A DNA stretch of 64,000 bases from Camelus ferus (Eukaryota), in the NCBI RefSeq assembly GCF_009834535.1, contig NC_045696.1, forward strand, positions 24,926,001-24,990,000. Direction: 5' to 3'. Shown in pieces: positions 52,019 through 64,000 of the stretch (its first letter is position 1; each line of letters begins with the position of its first letter). Under the pieces are notes generated by a model. It saw only the letters and a program-made list of their open reading frames with translations. It was not told where the DNA came from and did no database searches. A program made the position numbers and the translations under genes.

Positions 52019-55000
52019 GTGAGTTAAGCAGAGAGATGTTCTGAAAGGTCTAGAACTAGAGGCTTGGAATCGGCGAGGTTTTCCCGCTTCCCAAGCGCTG
52101 CTGGCTTTGCAGTATTTCACAAAGTCACGGACAGACGAGACCGGTCTTGGCGGTGGCCACACAGGCTGAGAGGGTGGGCGGATGGGCAAGGCAGGCAGGG
52201 GTGGGGGTTGGGGGGGATGTGATCCCCATAGGAACGATGGGGGGATTTGGATGGAATTTAACTGAACTGACTGGGTTTTAGGAAATGTCCTCAAATGTAC
52301 GCATTATATGTAAGCTTTCTAGACAGTCTTTTTTTTTTTTTTTCCTGGCAGCCCATTTTGTCCTTCTGTCCCTCCTTCTTTTTGGCTCATGCCCAATTTT
52401 CCAAGTCAAAGGATTTCAAAGAGGTGGAATTAGGGAGTTTAGGTACACGATGTAACAGGGCAACCTTATCCTCTAAGTGGGGAGAGTTGTATCTTTTCCA
52501 CTGATTTCCCAGAGGGTAGCCCTCTGAGTTGTAACTGGAGGTTCTTCTGCTCTTCACCCTCTATAAGCTTATTAAAAGGCAGGAACTTCAGGCTGTCTCT
52601 ACAGGGTCTGAATGTGATGGCAATTTAGCTTAAAAGCCATGTTGATTCACTCATCTCTTCATGTTTTGTTCCAAAATTATCACCATTTTGGATTTCTTTA
52701 ACAGCACAACTTTTAAGCGTCTGACTGACAGGTAATATATTTATCATTCTGAAAATGTGTGGGGAAAGTGATGAGTTCACATTAAGAGAGCAACTTTTGC
52801 TTCATGGAAGGGCTTTGGGGAAAGGGATTGATGAAGAAATTCTGGAAATGAAATTATGAGTATTTCCCACAGAACTTCCTTGATTTTTCCCACATTTGTT
52901 TCATATAAAAAAATCTGATATGTGTGTGTATGTGAGCAGCACGGTTACTAAAATGTGTTATGAGTTTATTTGGTTTAGAAGTTACTTTCTTACTAGCAGG
53001 ACTGTCATGGTCACAAGAGTGTTCTAAATGTTTTGCCTTTAGGTGGTTGGGGCAGCTGTTTTTGTTCTTGGTTTCAGTACTTACTCCATGGGCCTTGCTG
53101 GTTGCTTCTCAATAGAATTGGTGGGCATACTGATTAGTTATATGGGCTATTATGCATTTTAATAGTAGTAAAGTACACAAGTTATAAAATTGGCAAGTAA
53201 ATATTAAAGCCCAAATTTGGGGATGAATTTTAAATATCTTTCAAATATTTACTAAATTCTCTGCAAGGGCCCAATGTCATTTTATACTTAAAAGAGAGCT
53301 TACTGGTTTTTCACATTGAGATATATGAATCTCAAGTTTCAGTAATTAAAATATAATATTTTACTTTGCTCTTCTTTTAACATCAGCATGAGTTTAGCAA
53401 ATTCTCCTTGATGTCTACCACTGTAAGTTAGGTTCTTACACATATGTTCCATTTCTAATATTTTATAGAGTTTAGAGAGAGCAGTAAAGTTAGCTCCAGT
53501 TTTCCAGTGGGGAAATTGTGACATGGCAGGATTAATTTTCCTAAATTTCTATAATTATTGTGTTACAAACCAGGAATGTAAGCCTCAGCTATTCAACTTA
53601 AAGTTCAGTTCTTTTCCTAGGAAGTGCACAGCTGCTTTTAGTTGAGGCTACTGAAATAGTGATATATGATTATGCCTTATGTAAAAATACCTTAAAATAT
53701 TTCTTATTTTTTGGTTATTTATTAAGTATGGTTTCACTCTTTTTTGTAAAAGATACTTTAATATAATTGTGCAGAGTTATAGCCATATTCTCATTATCTT
53801 CAAATAATCACTAACTACTAACAATTGACTGTGTCCTTTTTCATAAGAGTGGATTGAAAAGTAGACTCAATATTACCAAGAATATTCTTGGGAATAATTT
53901 ATATCTTACAATCAAGATAGAAAGCAGTCCACATTTAGAAGCATCTTCAGACTGCTTGGGTGAACTTGAAACTACAGCTACAGCTTGCTTTCAGAGTAAA
54001 CTGCCACACTTGAAAGTGAGTTGTCTTTAAGATTCCTGGAGAACACTGGCAAGTATTGTATGTCTAATATAGGATTTATGAGAAGAGGAGAGTTAAGAAC
54101 TGAATGGTTTTGTATTTTAATATGTGACCACATTCGTAAAAATGTTCCCACGCTATATATGCCGTGACTGCTCTGGTGTCTGATACGATCTGGTTCAAAG
54201 TAAGCTCATTATAACTCTTGTGGGTGTGAAAAAACCTATAACCTTGATTCAGCTTTTTCCTTTTCATTCTTTAGTGATAAAAATGTGCTCTATACTGGCC
54301 CTTCAAGAGCCCATTAAGGTTTCGAAGACAGTTTGTGGTTTTTTGCCCTGAGGAGGTATTGTGTTTGTGTGTGTGTTCATGCTCAGCAGAGAGTTTAGGG
54401 ATATGAGAAGAAAGTGAGCAAGAGCAATAGATACTAGATAGGAAACTTCTTGGCCTCTCATATACTTTGAAACTGTTTCCCCATGTTACACACATAGCAC
54501 TCATAGCTGAATTTGGGAACTAAAGATGTGGTGTGCGGCTTTGCATCTGATTGCAGGATTCTATGTATACTCAGAGCTCTGCTCTTCTTGGATGACTGGA
54601 TAATCAGCTGTATGGCTCTTGACCATCTGACCAGCTCCCTTCAGGTCCTGGCATTAAAAGGATGACTTAAATGACTTTTCTGGAATCTCAAAATCTTCTC
54701 TTCTCTCAGGTCCTGTAGAGCAGCTCAAGCAGGGTGTGTGTGAGGTGTGTGTTTTAACCTTTCTGAGAGAAGGGGTCCCCTCAAGAGTGCTGACAAAAGC
54801 CTGATTTCTCTTCCTTCGCAGTTCTTTCTGATAGGCAGCTAAATGAGGGAGGAAGGAGAGAGGAGGATAGGAAGAGGAGATGTATCATTTTATCCCTCAG
54901 TGAAGAATGAGGAACAGTGTGCATGTTTATCTAGAAATACTTGTCAACAAATATCCTTGATCAGGAGAGATATGCATACACACTGCAGTAAAATACCTAT

Positions 55001-55044
55001 TCAACTTCTAATCATTTCTGTGCCATATGGAGAGCTGGAAATAG

Positions 55045-55345
55045 GATGAGCAACAGGACTCAATCCTGTTGGGGAACTGTGGGAGACTACAGAACATGTA
55101 CAGGGCAAGGGAGTGAGGTGTTTCATAAACTGCCATCATGGGTTAAGGGCTGCTCCAGGAATGGGGTTGGGGGCATTAATGCCCTAGAATTTCTGGACAA
55201 CCCTATGCACAGATGAGACAGCTCTGATGACCCAAGAAAGCCTTTGGTCAGAGTCACTGCTCAGCCTTGATATTGTTTGACCCTTATGCATGAGAATAGT
55301 GAGTGCTGAGGGGTCCAGGTGGAACAGCGACAATTCCTGCTCTAG
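55045..55345 (-). mobile_element. LTR16-like ERVL LTR fragment
   Basis: ggactcaatcctgttgggga...tgggagact...ggttaagggctgctcc...attaatgccctagaatttctgg. Confidence 0.5.
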
Positions 55346-56359
55346 GAGTATAGTGAACATTCACTGATGAAAGCAAATTCTTTCTTTCACATGTGATGCC
55401 CATTGAGACAAGAAATTGGATAAAAAATTTGGCATGAATTGAATTTTGGACTTTGCTTTCCTAAAAGTGCCATGTTCACTTAGTTGTTTATTTTAACATG
55501 AGTAAGTTGAGAGTAGGCATGGGAACTAGGGAGATGATTGAACATCTTAAACTTTCGTGTATATATATTTGTTCTTTATGAGATTCATTTCTGAAACTCC
55601 TTTGTGGCGACAGTGATGGCAGAAGAGAGTATTATGGGAAGTTTAATGCAGAAAAAATATGGAGATACACGAACAGTGGACATGGCTGGCAACCACAATT
55701 TTCATTGCAGTTGTCTCATTCTCAAGGTAACTTGGATAAACACCTTCTATTCATGACTGAGTAGCTAAGAAAAGGTAGAGAAATTGGTCTATAGAATGTT
55801 GACTTTAACATAAATTTTTGATTCTTAAGATGGGCTACATTATAGGCAAGAAAAGCAGAAGTCACTGAACAGAAATTTTGTCATATATGATTCATAGGTT
55901 ATTCTGATTTGTTGAACCAAGTCTTTAAATGTATTACTTAAGCATAGGAAGAATTACAGGAAAATATATTTCTTTATACACACATACACTTAATGAGCTC
56001 TATTGTAGATATGGGAATGAACAACCCAATTATTTTTTTTTTCCTGAGTGAAAAATTTCCTTTTTTAAAATTTCAGACTAAACTAGCAGTTTAATGTGAT
56101 GTGCTGTGTATTACTTGAGCTCCAGAATTTGCAACCAAACAGGATGCATATGTTGAACTTAATTTTTCTTGGGCAACTGTGATATGAATGAGCAGTGAAA
56201 TTGCAGAAGACATGTGAAGAAGTTTAATAGTTCCCAAACTAAATAATAATAAGGATAAATTATTGCAGACTTATTAAGTGTCAGACACTCATTTAGGGTT
56301 AGCAAGAATTATCTCAGCCAGTCCTGGAAATAATGCATTTGCTTCTTGGAGTAATATGT

Positions 56360-56750
56360 CTTCTAGACCTGGGTTTGAAATTTTCTCATTGCTAGCTATG
56401 TGAAACAAATGTTGTAGCCTTTATTGACCTCAGTTGCTTCTTCTATGAAATGGGGAGATTAATAGTATCTAACTTATAGGATCTTTGTTTATATTTGCTT
56501 CTTAGTTCCAGGTCCAATTCGGGTGAGACTGCTACTTGTATTATGGCCATTTTATTCACCCTAGTCCTGCCTTTTTTTTTTTAGTTGTGTGGCATTGATC
56601 AAGTTGCCTGTCTGTTTTCTCATTTCTTTATCTATAAACTGAATAAAATGCCTGTTTTATAGTTTCCATTATATTCCAGTATATTAAAGAGATTCAATAA
56701 AATAATTTATATAAGAGACTTAGCACATGGTAGTCATTCAATAAGTATTC
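56360..56750 (+). mobile_element. Two MIR fragments
   Basis: cctgggtttgaaat...ctagctatgtga...cctcagttgcttcttctatgaaatgggga...; ctgttttctcatt...tctataaa...cttagcacatggtagtcattcaataa. Confidence 0.7.
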
Positions 56751-57661
56751 TTCCTGCCCTCCACATAATGCTGTGGAGATACTCTAGATGTTGTTTTCAG
56801 GTTTTATATTTCCCTCCTCAGATTCCGTGTCAGGCTTGCACAAGACATTGCCATCTCCTACTTCTCTTCTGGTGTTCTGTAATCATTAAACTCTAGAAAA
56901 GTGCAAGGGAGTATTTTTATAACTTTTACTGTACTTACACACATGAGCAGAAGCATGCTAGGTCTCAGGACCAGTTTTGATAAGAAAAGAGAAATATTTA
57001 TCCCACACAGCACTGATTCCTTTCCACCCTCAACAGTTTTATACTGTCATTCTGTTAGCAATAAGTGAGGTTTTTCTATTTAAATGGTTTTCTATTTGTG
57101 GTAGCATAGTTCATGTCTGGACTCTGGACTTCATCCAATTAACATAAATATAATGGAGAGTTGGGCAATGATTTATTTTTAACAAGAGGAAAAAATGATG
57201 TTTTTAACATTGCTTTGAAAATCTTTCATACTAACTTCGATTCTAGTGGCAAAGATAGCATCACAAACTCACTCCCTGTGGTCTTGGAAAGTAATGTTCA
57301 CGTCGTCTACATATTGTCCCCCAACTGGCTTAACAGGATTTAATTTCAGAGGTAACTTCTCTGCTGAACAGGAAGATGCTTACATGAAGATATTAGCTTC
57401 ATCAAATACAGGGTTGCTCAAGGCCATCTGCATGGAATTATAGAAAGGCTGGAATAGAGAAATTTCATCTCTAAATTAGACATAATGATGTATTCATATT
57501 GATTGCATGGCCATGATAACGATATCAATAATGTGGCTCAAATATAAACAAATAATATATAATACCATTACTGAGATAAATCCTGATACTGAGTTTAATA
57601 CCCCATTTTTATCCTGAGATCTCTCAATTTCATCACTATTTCATTTTATTTCCTTTGCCTA

Positions 57662-58157
57662 TTATGTTGGTTTCCTACTGCTGCTGTAAGAAATTACCAC
57701 AAACTTAATGGCTTATAAACAACACAAATTTACTGTCTTACGGTTTTGGAGGTCAGAGTTCCAAAATCAGTTTCACTGGGTTAAAATCAAGACGTCTACA
57801 GATCTGGTTCCTTCCTTAGATTTTGAAGGGAGAATTCCTTTACTTGACTTTTTCTGCTTTTAGTGATCTGAATTCATTGGTTTATGCCCCTTCATCTATT
57901 TTCAAGGTGCATTTCTCCTATTTTTGTCTCTGTCTCTACATTGCCTCTTCCTCTCAACTCTGAATTTTCCTCCATCCCTCTTGCAAGAACTCTTGTGATT
58001 ACCTAGGGCTCACCTGATGATCCAGGATAATTGTCCCATTTGTGCCCTTAACTCAATCACACCTGCAAAGTGTATTTGATTATGTAAAATAATACATTCA
58101 CAGGGCCTGGGGATTAGGAGAAAAACATCACTGGGGGCTGTTAGTCAGCCTACCGCA
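57662..58157 (-). mobile_element. MLT1 (MaLR) solo LTR
   Basis: gtttcctactgctgctgtaagaaattaccacaaacttaatggctta...ggaggtcagagttccaaaatcag...atccaggataat...ctgcaaagt...ggggattagga...cagcctaccgca. Confidence 0.85.
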
Positions 58158-61100
58158 AATGATAATAATATTTTTGTGCTCTGACACCCTGAAATTAATG
58201 TGCTTGCTTCTCTATGGAATAGCAGTGCGTATTTAGGGCTATCAGTTTTTTAAGATACGTTACAATACATCAAAGGGGAATTTTCCTAACAAACATGCCG
58301 ATTAATTAAACACCCTTTAATTTATTAAATCTAGTTTTAGTTAAATGTGAGTGAAATTATTTGCATGTCTATGGTCAAAAAATATTAATTAAATCAATAA
58401 CCTATCAAAGATAACATCTGGATTGCCTAGGTTTAAATTACAGAGGGCAATATCTATGATAGTTCATATTCATGAGATTTAGCTCTTGTTTACAAAGCCA
58501 AATTCATCTTAGAAACCACAGAAAGCTTGGTTTTTTTTTTTAAACTTGGCAGGACATACTTTTCAAGGGGATGTCAGACCAGTGGTTCCATAATAATTGG
58601 TGCTCTTCATAAATGTGCATTGTGAATATTCTATCTCATGAGTTATATATACTAATTGTAGACTTCCAGGAGAAATTTAATGATGGTCATGTTAGCTTTC
58701 AAATCTTTCTGTAACCCAAAAGAGAACCGTTGCATGGAGATGGATTCATATTTCGCCCATACCATTGTTGCCAAAGAGAACGTGGAATGCCCTGTTCAAA
58801 TTAATTTAATGCAAATGAATTCTTGCTGCCTCACAAGTTTGTCGTTCATTTTTCTTAAAATTATGTGTAAATGAATGTGACATGCTTTACTGGTTGTTGT
58901 GCAGGGAGCATTGTCCTTCTTAAAAGCTCCCTCATTTGTCAAAAAGAAGCCATTAAGAGAAAAGTAAATTATCTTATCTGATCACAGTATTAGGAATGAC
59001 CTTAAAACTATAAATTGTATTATCAGTACAATAGCTGTATGGTCTTTGCAGTTGTGGAAAAATCCAAAGGAAATCTTTGTTGAGATACAAAGCTATTTAT
59101 AATCACCCCAAATCCATGTTTTCCTTTACCTTGTAAAAGGTAATGTGTGTGGAATGCAGTTTTGCTTCATTGCTCCCTCCTTGCTCTCCAGAAACTCTAA
59201 TTCAAATACTCTTAAGTTCTTAAGCATTTCTCACTGTCTTTAATATTTTTAATATCAAAGAAGCAATAAAATTTTTTATGGAGATCCAGATAAAAATGAG
59301 GTTTGTGTAACATGGAATTATACAAGGATGATTATGAATGGTCAATTTTAATAGGAGACTGCACATGCATCTCTTTTAAATGCAAATCCATTATTGAGGG
59401 GAGTTGAGATTGGACTAAGGAACTCTGCTGATGTTTAAGGAAGTCTTAATAAGAAGACTAATGCACAAGCATATTTTTAGCTTCCATGCCCAGAGATATA
59501 GTTGTACAATAAACGGTATTTTTCTTCTATTGACAAAGCATCTTCTTGAGCCATGCTATTCATCTGATCAAGGACTTCAACTGAGTTTTCAGCAACCATA
59601 AGTAAGGAGGATGGAGTGCTAGGCTGCGTGTACATATGGCCCTCTTTAGCAGGCCAACTGTTACTTTTGTCCACCCACATCACCGAGGACATATGGCATT
59701 ACTTTGGCTGTGGCAGCAAGAGTGTGTGGACATGTCTCAGTGTGGGTATAAGTGGCTGGTTGTCTTCCTCTTGTTGCTCATGCAACCAACTGTTTCTGGG
59801 TGGAAAACCTATTATCCATAGCACACGATTGGAGGATGGTAAATGATGATGTTATTATTAATTGATATGAAATAATATGATTAATTTTCTCTTTAGTCTG
59901 GTCACCAGACCTAATCGATCTTTGCTATTACAAAGCTTATAGAAGGAAATGATGGCTTTTCCAAGAATCAAAGTCAGGGCTTTTCAAACAATAACTAACT
60001 CATTCAAAAGTACAAGGATTATATAGAACCAAAATAGCAGAGGCTTCAGAAATGGCTGTTGAGATCATTTATTGTGAGATAATCAGTGAATGAAATTTAG
60101 CAGTGAATCTGTTGCTAGCTGTGGCTGTGTGGAAAAAGCAAGGAGAAAATATGATAAGGTAGGCTGGAATGAAGAGTTGTCTAATCCTTGTATGACTTAT
60201 TACACAGAGTGTGAAGTATTCCAAAACAGTTTTTAAAAATCTGATTCATTTTTTTAAAGTATTGTGAGTTCTGAATTTGTAAAGCGAGGCATTTCAGTTC
60301 CTGTGACAAGTGTGTGTGTTTCAGTGGTGGCTGCAGGACGCCTACAGGGAGGCTTTGGAACTGCATTCTGACTGCAAGGAGAGGCTGGAGGGCTCATGCT
60401 GAGGACGTTTGTGTAGGACTTGACTTAGGTAATACATCAGTTATCTGAAGGGAAGATGAGTGGTGCTGCTGAGGATGATAGGACTTAAAAGGCATTGTAA
60501 GGTGCTTTTGTTGCCACTGCTAGAAACTTTGTATAATCGGAATTTGTTGTAGATCTCTCTTACAAGCTCAAATGTGATTGTTCAGAAAATGTGAAAATTG
60601 TTTAATAAAACTGTATTTGCTAAACATCAGGTAAATACAGTCAAAATTTGTGTAGGTAACATTGAAAAAAGCAGTATTTCCAGATATAGAAATAATAATA
60701 AATTTTCAAACATTTTTGAATATCACTTGTCTACAGAGTCTTATTTCAGTTTCACTATGGCACATCTATTAATCACCATTAAGGCTGTACAGGAAGTATT
60801 TGGCAATATAGGTATCAAAGCTTGGTGGTAATGGTGATTGATGCTTGGAATACAGCATCATTATTGTTATTCACTGGCCTTGAGAACTCTTTCATCCTTT
60901 TTCACCTTGCTGTTTCACTGACAACTTCAAATTATTTGATCTATGAAAAAATATATTTTCTTGGAACTCACTGACTTATTTTTTATTTTTTGTATTATCC
61001 CATATTTACTGTGGTGAAGTATCAGATTATCAATATAGTGTACCAATGTGGCAATTCAGATGGAAGCAAACAGAATGCAAACAAGTTTACTAATGAGAAG

Positions 61101-62199
61101 TTACCTTGTTAATTTTCTTAACTGAAAAAAGGTATAGATAATTTTCAGTTTTGAGGTTAAATCTTTTTGTGACATATTACACTTGACCTTTCTTTGTGAA
61201 GTGTGTTTGCATACACACAGTCACACAAAATTGATCTTAGCGATACTAGCCAAAGGATGAATTCTCAAGGTGACTGTTTTAAATATATATAAAGGATGGC
61301 AAAATAGTCACAAAATGGCAATATAAGGAGCCATAAAAATGAGGATAAAAGGGTAGATAATGGTTAAAAACACTTCTAAATGAATAATTGATTTTGTTTT
61401 AAATTCTCTTTGGTCTTTAGCTGAGGAAATGAATAGACGTGAAATTATTATGCAAATCATTTGTATTTATGTATATACATATATATGTGTATATTATAAA
61501 TACAAAGAAGATAGTGTATTATTTGTATGTATTCGCACAACTGTGTGCATCATGAAAAATGAGTGCTTGTGATATATATATACACGTGCACTTTCAGTTT
61601 TACATTTATAACTTTTTTTGCTTTATTAGCAAAAAAATGAAGAAAATCAGGGTAAATTTTTATCCTGGTAATCCTGGTAATTTGATCTTTCATATTTTGC
61701 TTCTTTATGCTTCAGATTTATGGCTTTCTTTGTGACCAAACCTCTAGGATCAACACATTTCATATAATCCTGTGAATATTTTGAAAGCAGTGTGCCACTG
61801 TAAAGTGTGCATGTGTAAAACCATGTGAATGAATGTTTTACTCTTGACAGCGAAAAGCCAGTTAAAATGACTTAGTGTATGGTACTGCCACTGCAATGAA
61901 AAATTGGGTATCTGTCAATGTAACGAACCATTAAACAGCTGTTTGTGAGCATCTATTCAGTACCCAACACAATTTTAAGCGGTGGAAATCCAACCAGAAA
62001 CAAAATTCAGTCCCTACCCTCACAGGCAAATGTGTGGGACAAAAGATTGGTCAAGCTGAAACACAGTTCAGATCCAGAAATTCAAGTTTCTGTCTAGTTC
62101 AGTTGTCACTTAAACCATGTTGTGTTACTTGCCCACTTAAAACGTAAGAAAGCTATTCCTCCACCCATCCCTTGGGGGAATAGTGATAGACTAGTAAGT

Positions 62200-62830
62200 C
62201 TGTTATGCTGGGACATAATTCAATAAACTTAAAATCGGATTGATATATGATAAAGGCAGTCTTTCAGAACAGTGGGAAAATGATAAAAGTATAAAATGTT
62301 GTTGAAATAATTGGCTCTGTGTTGCTTAGTCACAAAAATTATAAGGCACCATTCATAAATATTAATTTCAGAGTAAGTATCAAGTAAATGTCTCAAAATA
62401 TAAAGAAAAAACCCTAGAACCCTAGAAGCAAATGCCATTTATAATATTAGGGAGAAATTTATTTTCTAAGTATAGCCCTGACCAAAGACAGAATAAGGAA
62501 CAGATTGATGGATTGGACTTCGTTAAAATAGAAAACTTTTATATTTCAAAAGTCACCACTAGTAGGTATAAAAAACAAGTTTCAAATCTGGAAAAAGTGT
62601 TTGCAGTTCATTTGATATATCTGACATACAAATAGTTCCAACAGATCAATAAAAAAAGATTAGTAATCCAACAGAAAAAAATGGCAAGGTACGTTGGCCG
62701 GAAACATCAAGAGCCTTATGTGAATAAATGTATCAGAGACTGTTGTTCATAATCAAAAAGCAAAAAATAATAGAGAAAATCATTTATATGTAGATGCTTA
62801 TACTATTTTAACAAAATCACAGTGTGGATT
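62200..62830 (+). mobile_element. Old L1 ORF2 3' region remnant
   Basis: cagtgggaaaatga...ctagaagcaaa...attgatggattggacttcgttaaaatagaaaacttt...ctggaaaaagtgtttgca. Confidence 0.75.
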
Positions 62831-64000
62831 TTCTCCTGTTATACATATACACCTATGCAGTTGTTTGCAGGTTCGTGTTTATGTAGTTGGTTTTCGGTTA
62901 GTTCTTTTAAGCTTCTGCATTTTCAGTGGTGTATTCAAACCTCAGAACACCCTTTGCTGTTGAAAACAGCCTTTCAAATATACAATCAATCACACATCAC
63001 TTTCTCTAAATTTTATACAGGGGGATGGCCAAGATGCCTTATTAGAACCTAGATTTCAATGATTTGTTTATTGTTTTTAGTACTTCCTTCTCTGGGCTTA
63101 ACTGATTAAGGAAATTTTTTTTTTTAATAAATAAAGCTTTCTGATGTACTTTTTTTTTTTTTTAATTGTATAGAGCCTTTATTTCCTTAAGCATTTTGTT
63201 GCCTAAGTGTGATGAGTATCTGGCGGTGGAATTTAGTGGAACAGATGCTTATTGTGATATATGAGATGAACTTGCTTCCCTAAGCACACATAGGCATGAA
63301 ATGCATCTGGCTTCTCGACATAAAAGTCATTTGTGTTCTCAAATGTGTTTCTGTACATTACAGACTTCTAGGGGAGGAAGTGCTGCTGTTTCCTCAAATG
63401 GGGACTTTGCTTAATTATGAAGTTTAATTTAGGCTAGAAACCAGAAGACACTAAATTCTAGGCTGGAGACAGAGCCTGAGCTCTGTGATAGCACTAGTAT
63501 GGTAAGTCCTACAGAGAAAGCAACTTATGTGGGGGAAAATTGTATGCATAAAGCTAGGGAATGATGTAAAGCAGAGAATAAGTGTGTGAGCATGTGGAAT
63601 ACATAAGAAATAAAATCAAGTTCAGAGGAGAAAAATAAGAAGCTGGGAATAAGACACTAATGAAGGTAAGATTGAAAAAGACTCAATGTGAACAGTGATG
63701 AGAATGAAGGCATCTGCTAAGCTTGGGGAAACAGCATCCTGACAGGAAGGAAATTTGGCATGTGTGCATATTGACGGGGTATAAGGGACAGAAATCAGGC
63801 GTAGTGACTATAGTCTCTTTTCCATTGTCAGGTAGCTTTGAATATTCCTTTTTTATTTTAAAAAGACTGTACTGTGTGTGATTTATTAACACGGACATGA
63901 GATTTTTTTTTTTCCTAGAATATACCAAAACTCAATCTACTAGCTAAAATATTTAAAAACAGTTTGTGATAGAAATCTTTATAAAATGTATCATTTCATT

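Larger units (their letters stand above)
51590..52250 (+). promoter_or_regulatory. CpG island / promoter of an unidentified + strand gene
   Basis: Abrupt GC- and CpG-rich segment in AT-rich background, with GC-box-like sites, purine-rich leader, perfect splice donor at 52019 and G-runs downstream. Confidence 0.85.

Noticed and set aside
51590..52250. Assigning a gene name (e.g. GRM1, SNAP25, CNTN1) to the RE1 promoter
   Set aside because: The exon sequence does not match 5'UTRs I can recall and no coding exon lies in the window.
51548..52294. Four overlapping 116-157 aa ORFs on both strands
   Set aside because: Stop-poor because of the GC-rich CpG island. They have no recognisable domain, and some cross the splice donor.
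1..64000. CRISPR arrays, tRNA/rRNA genes or prokaryotic-type systems
   Set aside because: None seen; the sequence is mammalian intergenic/intronic DNA.

Overview
AT-rich placental-mammal genomic DNA with no intact protein-coding gene; most ORF-track entries are chance ORFs. Repeats are almost all ancient (MIR, L2, L1M, MER5A, MER63, MLT1/MLT2, MER21, LTR33/LTR16), plus one CpG-rich solo LTR and a truncated U2 snRNA copy. I recognised no lineage-specific SINE. Two + strand transcription units stand out. (1) From a CCAAT/X-box promoter at ~6.8-6.95 kb, a chain of splice-site-bounded exon relics runs to ~29-31 kb. Joined by hand, they encode about four tandem, stop- and frameshift-riddled RGS (regulator of G-protein signalling)-like domains, e.g. 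KAFLRTE...LVFW, CFFVVAQKQIFSIM/PRFILS and LEVFLGFHQGLIY*KFLETE...NSLCF*. This looks like a decayed multi-RGS-domain gene (RGS22/RGSL1-type architecture) that I cannot match to a named gene; it is the most interesting signal here. (2) A CpG-island promoter at ~51.6-52.2 kb has a near-consensus RE1/NRSE (REST) site and a non-coding first exon ending at CAG|GTGAGT (52018), probably the 5' end of an unidentified neuronal gene whose first intron fills the rest of the window. All repeat-family and domain calls are by eye from recalled consensus sequences and need RepeatMasker/HMMER confirmation.
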